Of a stretch of 64,000 nt of DNA, positions 1-6,926 are shown one piece after another. A program made the position numbers and the translations under genes. Within the stretch, counting starts at the first letter, position 1; each line of letters starts with the position of its first letter. Under the pieces are notes generated by a model that saw only the letters and a list, made by a program, of their open reading frames with translations, had not been told where the DNA came from and searched no databases. The stretch is from an uncultured bacterium. Lineage in GTDB: Bacteria > Patescibacteriota > Minisyncoccia > Moranbacterales > UBA2206. Location of the stretch: positions 77,249 through 141,248 of the forward strand of contig CAIKZD010000017.1 of the NCBI GenBank assembly GCA_903831805.1, read 5' to 3'.

Positions 1-1981
1 AATTTTTGGCGTGGTGGTTTATTTTTTGGGCTTAGTCTCATCGGCGCTTTTGGCGTTTTTCGGCCAGTCTTTCAAAAAAGGTGCGCACCTGTTCATTTTT
101 TCTAACGCCATAGGATTTTTATCCGGGCTGGGATATCTTTTAGCTAACCCAGAAGATAATTTTGTGTTAGCCCATTTCACTTGGTTCTTCCAATTCGCGC
201 CGCGCTTGAATTTTTTGGCGGCCATTTTCTTTTTGGTTATCAGTGGCGTGTCTTTTCTGGTGGGAGTGTATAGTTTGCGCTATCTGGAGCTATACGAAAA
301 AGAATATGATCCACGCTTAGTGCAATTCCTGATGGCTTTTTTTGTTTTAGGGATGCAGGGCGTGCTTCTGGCCAACAATACTTTTGCCTTCCTCTTTTTT
401 TGGGAAGTGATGTCGATGACTTCTTTCTTTTTAGTCATGACCGACAAGAAACCAGAATCAATCCAAGCCGCTTTTCTCTATTTCATCATGACGCACTTGG
501 GCGCGTCAGCCATTTTGGGAGGTTTTTTGATTTTGGGCGGCGGATCATTTATTTTTAATTTGAGTGACATCCACAACGCTTCGCTCAATCTTTCGCCGGC
601 GATGCGCGCCATGGCGTTCTTGCTTTTTGTGTTCGGTTTCGGTTCCAAAGCCGGGCTGGTGCCGTTTCATGTGTGGCTACCGGAAGCTCATCCGCAAGCG
701 CCCAGTAATATCTCAGCCATGATGAGCGGCTTGATGTTGAAAATTGCCGTGTATGGTTTTATTACCATCATGCTAAATCTCGCCCATGTTCCAGCTTGGG
801 CGGGTCTGATCGTGCTATTTCTGGGTCTCTTGTCCGGCGTGGTGGGGGCCTTGTACGCGGCCGTGGAAAGAGATATGAAAAAAGCTTTGGCGTATAGCAG
901 TATCGAAAATATGGGCATTATTTTTACGATGTTGGGGCTGGCAGTGTATTTGTTAGCCTTGGACAACTATACGCTTATCGCCTATTCGATTATGGCCTTT
1001 GCCATTTTCCATGCTATAAGTCATGCGTTCTTCAAAACGGCGCTATTCCTCAGCAGCGGAGTGGTGATAAATCGTGTGCACACCAAAAGTTTGGAAATGA
1101 TGGGCGGCTTGGCCAAACTGATGCCGTTTTTCAGTTTTGCCTTTTTGTTGGCTATTCTGGCTTCATTGCCATTGCCATTGTTTGGCACCTTCTATGGCGA
1201 GTGGGGACTGATCCAGAATATTTTGTCTTTATTGGGCGAGGCAAGGATGGGCGCTGGATCTCTCATCGTCCTGCTTATTATTCTTTCGGTCGTGGCACTG
1301 ATCAGCGGGTTGGCCATTTTCGCCATGGTAAAAGTTTTCGCGATGTCGATGTTGGGCTTGCCGCACAATCTGCCTACGGAAAAAAGAGCAGAAAAAAGGG
1401 ATTATCTTTTAGTCACTCCTATCTTATCCTTAGGAGCTGGCGTTCTGTTGCTCGGGTTTTTGGCTAAATTTTTTATCCCACATATAATTATCAGTCTACA
1501 GGCCAGTTCTTCTTTGACGCCGCTGCCGATTTTTTCTCCGGTGCCGCTGAAACTTTCTTCCATGGCGGTTTCCGGTGCAATCATAGTTTTTGGACTGCTG
1601 ATATACCTGGGCCAGAAAATTTTTATGACTAGCAAGCGAGAAAGATTTTATCACACCTGGGATTGCGGCCAAGCCATTGACGCAACGATGCAATATAGTG
1701 CCACCGCCTTTTCTGCGCCCATCAGATTTTTCTTCTTGACTTTCATCGGTCGGAAAAAAATAATGCAATCAGTTGCAGTTCTAGAAACTAATCCATGGAT
1801 TAGGAAATATAATTTTCGCTTATCTATTCGTCCGAATTGGAGTCATATATTTTACGAACCGATTGCGAAAGGCTTGCTCATAGTGGCGAAAAAAATCCGT
1901 TTCATCCAAAATGGGCGCATCCAATATTATATTTTGTTTTTACTCCTTGCTCTAATTGGCACTTTAATTTTCGCTTTATGA
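1..1981 (+). CDS. NuoL/HyfB/HycC-like proton-translocating membrane subunit (5' end runs off window)
   Basis: 656+ aa polytopic membrane protein; conserved complex-I antiporter-like motif WLPEAHPQAPSNISAMMSGLMLKIAVYGF; ORF is open to the window edge. Confidence 0.8.
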   Translation, partial: IFGVVVYFLGLVSSALLAFFGQSFKKGAHLFIFSNAIGFLSGLGYLLANPEDNFVLAHFTWFFQFAPRLNFLAAIFFLVISGVSFLVGVYSLRYLELYEKEYDPRLVQFLMAFFVLGMQGVLLANNTFAFLFFWEVMSMTSFFLVMTDKKPESIQAAFLYFIMTHLGASAILGGFLILGGGSFIFNLSDIHNASLNLSPAMRAMAFLLFVFGFGSKAGLVPFHVWLPEAHPQAPSNISAMMSGLMLKIAVYGFITIMLNLAHVPAWAGLIVLFLGLLSGVVGALYAAVERDMKKALAYSSIENMGIIFTMLGLAVYLLALDNYTLIAYSIMAFAIFHAISHAFFKTALFLSSGVVINRVHTKSLEMMGGLAKLMPFFSFAFLLAILASLPLPLFGTFYGEWGLIQNILSLLGEARMGAGSLIVLLIILSVVALISGLAIFAMVKVFAMSMLGLPHNLPTEKRAEKRDYLLVTPILSLGAGVLLLGFLAKFFIPHIIISLQASSSLTPLPIFSPVPLKLSSMAVSGAIIVFGLLIYLGQKIFMTSKRERFYHTWDCGQAIDATMQYSATAFSAPIRFFFLTFIGRKKIMQSVAVLETNPWIRKYNFRLSIRPNWSHIFYEPIAKGLLIVAKKIRFIQNGRIQYYILFLLLALIGTLIFAL

Positions 1982-3573
1982 ACCCCATCATTGCCACGTT
2001 GATCCAACTGATTTTTGTTCTGCTCGTTGCGCCATATGCTGCGGGTTTGGTGAAATTTTTGAAAGCCCGCTTACAAGGTCGGGACGGCGCGTCACCTTTT
2101 TTATTCTACGTGATGCTTTTCACCTTGCTGCGAAAAGAAATGGTGATCTCGGAAACCGCTTCGTGGATTTTTCGCGCGGTGCCGTTTGTGGTTTTTGGCA
2201 GTACGGTTTTTTTGGCGGCTATCTTGCCGCTTATCTTTACGGGAGCATATCTTGCACCCCTCAGTGATTTTTTGGTGGTGGCGGGCGTGTTGGCTGTGGG
2301 GTCAATATTTTTAGTCTTGGGCGGCCTGGATACTGGCAGCGCTTTTGGCGGGATGGGGTCGAGCCGAGAAATGACCATTGCCACTCTCCTCGAGCCGGTT
2401 ATAGTTATGGTTTTTGCCACTATCAGCTTTGCCACTAAGCAAGCTACCCTGGATGGCATGCTTCGCGTGCAAACCGGTTTTCATCCTTACCTGATTTTGA
2501 CAATCGCGGCGTTAATCCTAGTGGCCTTGGCGGAAAACGCGCGCTATCCGGTGGATAATCCCGCGACGCACTTGGAATTAACGATGGTGCATGAAGCCAT
2601 GATCTTGGAATACAGCGGGAAATATTTAGCTCTTCTGGAATATGCGGCAGCTATAAAATTAGCGGTCTTTTCTTTGCTGATTGCTAATTTTATTTTTCCA
2701 GCGTCACTCATTGGGGCGCCAGCCTTGGGCGGCGGCGCAATAGCTGCCGGATTATTTTGGAGTACGATAAAAATCATAGCGGTCATGATGGCTTTGGCGG
2801 CTTTGGAATCAGTTTTGACCAAGATGCGCTTTTATCGCATGTCGGAATATTTTTCTATTGCATATGTCGTGGCATTTCTCGGAATGATTACGGTTCTGCT
2901 CGCGACCTTTACGGAAGTCTCTTTGCAATATCACACTTTGTTTTCTCTTTTAACTGTCGTATGCGTGGTGTTGCTTTTCGGCAAAGTGCGCCTGAAAGCT
3001 ATTTTGCGCTACTACGCTGTTTCTTCTTTGGCCATCGCCGCTCTGGCTTGGAGTCTGGTGTCACTCGCTCCGGCCGAAGAAAAAATGCATCTGTGGTTAT
3101 TTGCGATTTTCACCATCCTTACTAAAACTTTCGCCGTGCCTTATGTGATCAATCGGTCCAGCCACGCTAAAAAAAGTCTCACTAACTTATCATCATTCCT
3201 CCGTCCAGGGAAAAGTTATTTCCTGGCAGTGGCGCTTCTAGTGGTGACTTATTTCGTCTTAAGACACATCTCGATCACCGGTCTCATCAGATGGAATTCA
3301 TTGCTGTACGCTTCCATAACCCTCATTGTTTTAGGTATTGCGATGATGATTATTAAGAAAAATATATTTTCTCAGATCGTGGGACTTTTGATTATTGAAA
3401 ATGGAATTGCGGTTTTCGTGCTGGCCACCATTGGCTCCCTCCCTATTGTTATTGAGTTTGGAATTTTTGCTGTGACCGTCGTGACTGCCTATATTCTGGC
3501 TATCCTGAGTGCCCGCATTGCGGAGCTTTGCGGCAGTGCGGACACGGACGATTTGCGCGGACTAACTGAATAA
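1978..3573 (+). CDS. HycD/HyfC (NuoH-like) membrane subunit with ~200-aa C-terminal multi-TM extension (possibly HyfE-like)
   Basis: ATGA overlap with upstream stop gives MNPIIATLIQ... start; ENARYPVDNPATHLELTMVHEAMILEYSGKYLALLEYAAAIKL matches the NuoH/HycD loop motif; the track ORF from 1837 is an upstream over-extension. Confidence 0.75.
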   Translation: MNPIIATLIQLIFVLLVAPYAAGLVKFLKARLQGRDGASPFLFYVMLFTLLRKEMVISETASWIFRAVPFVVFGSTVFLAAILPLIFTGAYLAPLSDFLVVAGVLAVGSIFLVLGGLDTGSAFGGMGSSREMTIATLLEPVIVMVFATISFATKQATLDGMLRVQTGFHPYLILTIAALILVALAENARYPVDNPATHLELTMVHEAMILEYSGKYLALLEYAAAIKLAVFSLLIANFIFPASLIGAPALGGGAIAAGLFWSTIKIIAVMMALAALESVLTKMRFYRMSEYFSIAYVVAFLGMITVLLATFTEVSLQYHTLFSLLTVVCVVLLFGKVRLKAILRYYAVSSLAIAALAWSLVSLAPAEEKMHLWLFAIFTILTKTFAVPYVINRSSHAKKSLTNLSSFLRPGKSYFLAVALLVVTYFVLRHISITGLIRWNSLLYASITLIVLGIAMMIIKKNIFSQIVGLLIIENGIAVFVLATIGSLPIVIEFGIFAVTVVTAYILAILSARIAELCGSADTDDLRGLTE

Positions 3574-3641
3574 TTTATTTTAAGTTTAGGACTTAAACAT
3601 TTTGCCGACTGCAAATGCGTAAGTCTTATAGCTAATTTTTT

Positions 3642-5147
3642 ATGAATCTCTTTTTCTTAAGCCTTCCATTCCTAGTCGCTTTTCTTTCTGCGGTCGTCGC
3701 CAAGACGGAAAAAGTAGCACGGAGAAGTAGCCTAGTCTTTTCGGTGATTGGCGGGCTGGCCTCAATTTTTTTCGCTTGGCCGTATCTCTTTAATCCCCAA
3801 AGCCAATTGCTGGGGACGTGGTTCCGGATGGACAGTTTTTCGGCTTTGATGGTTCTGCTCATCGCGTGCATATATATTTTTGCCTTGATCGTGAGCGTGC
3901 GCTACATCGGACATGAGTATGGCGAAAAAATTATTACTTTTTCCCAATACAAAATGTATTTTGCACTCTTCCAGCTGTTCGTGCTTTGCATGCTGGTGGT
4001 TGTTTTGACCAATAATGTACTGTTACTCTGGCTGGCACTGGAAGGCACGACGCTGTCGTCCACTTTTCTGGTGGGATTGTATCGTAAAAAAACCAGTATG
4101 GAGGCGGCTTGGAAATATATGATTATCTGTTCTACGGGCATCAGTCTTGGGCTTTTGGGTATTTTGCTTTTAAGTTACGGAGCCCACGTCGGTGGCGTAG
4201 CGGAAGGCAATATTTTTCTTTTGAATAAATTGGCGGAAAGTGCGCATCTCATACCGATAAATATTATCAAATTGGCTTTCATCTTTATCTTTATTGGGTT
4301 TGGCACTAAAATCGGCTTGGCGCCGATGCACACCTGGCTGCCGGACGCGCACAGCAAAGCGCCATCACCCATCTCGGCCATTTTTTCTGCCGTACTTTTG
4401 ACGGTGGCGCTTTATGCCGTTTTGCGTTTCAAATTTATTGCTGACAATGCTTTTTTGAGTTCGGTTTGGACGAATCATTTATTTTTGATTTTTGGCTTTC
4501 TTTCCATCATGCTTGCGGCGCTTATGATGCTTATTCAAACCAATTATAAAAGGATGTTGGCCTATTCGAGCATTGAACATATGGGCATCATCATTTTTTC
4601 TGTTGGACTCTCGCCGCTTGGTGCGGTGGCTGCCCTCATGCATATACTGGGACATACTTTTGCTAAGTCGATGTTATTCTTCGGAGCAGGAGAAATTTTG
4701 ATTCGTTGGAAAACTACCAAGATCGCCAAGATAAAAAATATGTTCGAAGAGGCGAGATATACCAGTATACTCTTTCTTTTGGGCATCGTTATGATTGTGG
4801 CTATCCCGCCGTCCGCTTTGTTCGTGAGTGAATATGCCATGTTCGCTCAAGTGATTGTTTTGCATCCGGTGGTGTCCATTCTTTTGTTCATCGCCTTGGG
4901 CATCATCGCTTACGCTATGCTTTCACTCAGCGTGAAAATGATTTTTGCGAAGGAGCCCGCCTCCGCTACGAGTTCTGGCGCGGCGAAGCCCGCCCTCGCT
5001 GAAGCTACGGTGGGCAAGGAAAAATGGAATGTTACGCACACCATCATGAGCGTGGAATTGTGCATGGTAGTGTTTTTGGCTTGGTGGCTTACGACGCCGG
5101 GATCGATGGGTGTTCTCGGCAATATAACGAAAACTTTTATTTATTAA
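3642..5147 (+). CDS. NuoM/NuoN/HyfF-like antiporter-type membrane subunit
   Basis: 501 aa; WLPDAHSKAPSPISAIFSAVLLTVALYAVLRF motif; polytopic. Confidence 0.8.
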   Translation: MNLFFLSLPFLVAFLSAVVAKTEKVARRSSLVFSVIGGLASIFFAWPYLFNPQSQLLGTWFRMDSFSALMVLLIACIYIFALIVSVRYIGHEYGEKIITFSQYKMYFALFQLFVLCMLVVVLTNNVLLLWLALEGTTLSSTFLVGLYRKKTSMEAAWKYMIICSTGISLGLLGILLLSYGAHVGGVAEGNIFLLNKLAESAHLIPINIIKLAFIFIFIGFGTKIGLAPMHTWLPDAHSKAPSPISAIFSAVLLTVALYAVLRFKFIADNAFLSSVWTNHLFLIFGFLSIMLAALMMLIQTNYKRMLAYSSIEHMGIIIFSVGLSPLGAVAALMHILGHTFAKSMLFFGAGEILIRWKTTKIAKIKNMFEEARYTSILFLLGIVMIVAIPPSALFVSEYAMFAQVIVLHPVVSILLFIALGIIAYAMLSLSVKMIFAKEPASATSSGAAKPALAEATVGKEKWNVTHTIMSVELCMVVFLAWWLTTPGSMGVLGNITKTFIY

Positions 5148-5168
5148 AAAAATAGCAATTAACAGCAT

Positions 5169-6731
5169 ATGACTATCCAAGAAATTATTGCAGAATTTAA
5201 GGAAAAAATAACTATCGTCAGTGAGAAAAGCGATTTGATAGAAGCTAAAGTTTCTCGGGACGACTTAGCTGAGGTGGCGACAGCTCTGTTTCATGATCAT
5301 AAATTACCATTGTCCCTGATGTTCGCCACGGACAACCGTACGGAAGACGGTAGTTTTGGAGTGCATACTGTTTTCAGTGTTCCCGCCGAAAAGAAGTGGC
5401 TGAAAATTTCGGTGGAAGTTCCGGCTTCTGATCCGCAATATCCCGCGCTCACCAGAACTATTATGGCGGCGCATTGGTATGAAAGATATTTGCGCGACAT
5501 GTTCGGCATCACGCCCGTTGGCCATCCTGATTTGCGCCGTTTGGTGCAGCATGAAAATATGCCAGAAGGCATTCATCCATTGTGCAAGGATTTCTTGTGG
5601 AACACTAAGTTGGAAAAAGCTAATGTGCCGTATCCGATGCATCATGTGACTGGTGACGGGATTTTTGAAATTCCGGTCGGACCGATCCATGCCGGTATCA
5701 TTGAGCCGGGCCATTTTCGTTTCAATGTGGCCGGCGAAAGAATTTTAACCTTGGAAGGCAAACTATTTTTTACGCATAAAGGCGTGGAAAAATTGTTGGA
5801 AGGCAAGAATATCATGGAGGCACTGCCGTTCATTGAAAGGATTTCTGGTGACGCAGCGGCTTCGCACGCTTTAGCGTACTGCGAAGCGGTGGAGAAAATC
5901 GCCGGTTGCGCGGTCCCGCGGCGGGCGCAAATGTTGCGCGCAATTCTCACCGAATGCGAAAGAATCACTATGCACATTCATGACCTGGCCAATATCGGTG
6001 GCATGGGCACGGGGTATAGTTTTATCGCAGCTAATGGTTTTCGTATCAAGGAAAGAATGATGCGTCTTTCGCAAGAGATTTGCGGCAATCGTTTTTGGCG
6101 CGGCCTGATTGTCCCGGGCGGGATAAAAAAAGATATCACTGATGAGGATTTGAAAAAAATATTAAACGTATCTCAAGCGGCCTGGAAAGAAATGGAAAAA
6201 ATTACCATCATCGCGCTCGACAGCGAAGGCTTTTTGGATCGCTTGCAATATACGGGCGAACTGCCAAAAGAGGCGGCCGAAGCCTTTGGGGCGGTCGGTC
6301 CGGCGGCGCGCGCGTCCAAGGTCAGTCGCGATGTGCGGCGCGATCATCCTTATGCCTCTTACGCCGAATTTCCGATCAAAGTCATCACTAAAAAAAGTCT
6401 GGATGTTTTTGCGCGTTATCGTATGCGGATTAAAGAGATTGAACAATCACTGGTTCTGATGCAAACTTTAGTGGAAAAAATGCCAGCTGGAGATATTATG
6501 GAAAAAGTGGCAGTGCGCGATGGCTTTGCACTTGGCGCCGTGGAATCATGGCGCGGAGAAATCATCTGTGCGCTGCAAATTAAAAACGGCGTGATTGAAA
6601 GATGTGTGCCGCGTGATCCCTCTTTTTGCAACTGGGCCCTCTTCGGCATTATGGGTCCCGGCAACATCGTGCCGGATTTCCCACTCATCAACAAAAGTTT
6701 GAATCTGTCCTATTCCGGGACGGACTTGTAA
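5169..6731 (+). CDS. NuoC-NuoD / HycE-like fused catalytic-module subunit lacking NiFe-binding cysteines
   Basis: N-terminal 30-kDa (NuoC)-like domain, then a 49-kDa/large-subunit-like domain (PVGPIHAGIIEPGHFRF). Expected L1 motif ERxCGxC reads ERISGDAAASH; C-terminal DPCxxC reads RDPSFCNW. Confidence 0.75.
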   Translation: MTIQEIIAEFKEKITIVSEKSDLIEAKVSRDDLAEVATALFHDHKLPLSLMFATDNRTEDGSFGVHTVFSVPAEKKWLKISVEVPASDPQYPALTRTIMAAHWYERYLRDMFGITPVGHPDLRRLVQHENMPEGIHPLCKDFLWNTKLEKANVPYPMHHVTGDGIFEIPVGPIHAGIIEPGHFRFNVAGERILTLEGKLFFTHKGVEKLLEGKNIMEALPFIERISGDAAASHALAYCEAVEKIAGCAVPRRAQMLRAILTECERITMHIHDLANIGGMGTGYSFIAANGFRIKERMMRLSQEICGNRFWRGLIVPGGIKKDITDEDLKKILNVSQAAWKEMEKITIIALDSEGFLDRLQYTGELPKEAAEAFGAVGPAARASKVSRDVRRDHPYASYAEFPIKVITKKSLDVFARYRMRIKEIEQSLVLMQTLVEKMPAGDIMEKVAVRDGFALGAVESWRGEIICALQIKNGVIERCVPRDPSFCNWALFGIMGPGNIVPDFPLINKSLNLSYSGTDL

Positions 6732-6756
6732 AAATATAATAACAGTGTATTTACAT

Positions 6757-6786
6757 CGCGGAGCTTTCGAGCCCCGCGTTTTTTAT
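6757..6786 (+). terminator. Rho-independent terminator after the hyf-like operon
   Basis: cgcggagctttcgagccccgcg hairpin (cgcgg/ccgcg stem) followed by tttttt. Confidence 0.6.
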
Positions 6787-6798
6787 GTACTTACACGC

Positions 6799-6819
6799 AT
6801 ACCCACCTCCATACCCACA
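6799..6819. repeat. Direct repeat ATACCCACC-N3-ATACCCACA upstream of leuS promoter
   Basis: catacccacc tcc atacccaca; the same 9-mer pair with a 3-nt spacer recurs upstream of alaS (47962..47982). Confidence 0.6.
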
Positions 6820-6836
6820 CGCTCACCTCGTTTTAC

Positions 6837-6865
6837 TTGAAAAACGCGGCTAAGTGGGGTAAAAT
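6837..6865 (+). promoter_or_regulatory. Sigma70-like promoter for leuS (TTGAAA-17-TAAAAT)
   Basis: ttgaaa aacgcggctaagtgggg taaaat, about 60 nt upstream of the leuS ATG. Confidence 0.5.
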
Positions 6866-6926
6866 AGAAAAGTAGACAAATTCACCCGCCTTCGCCAATA
6901 GGCTATGGCGTGGCAAGGTCAACTTT

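Noticed and set aside
1837-1977. N-terminal 47 codons of track ORF 1837..3573
   Set aside because: This stretch overlaps the end of the upstream gene in another frame; the conserved protein starts at the ATGA-overlapped Met (1978, MNPIIATLIQ...).
6733-6926. T-box riboswitch upstream of leuS/alaS (aaRS leaders)
   Set aside because: The leaders are under 100 nt, with no specifier-loop/T-box (AATTAGGGTGGNACCGCG-like) sequence; the conserved element is a short DNA-level direct repeat instead.
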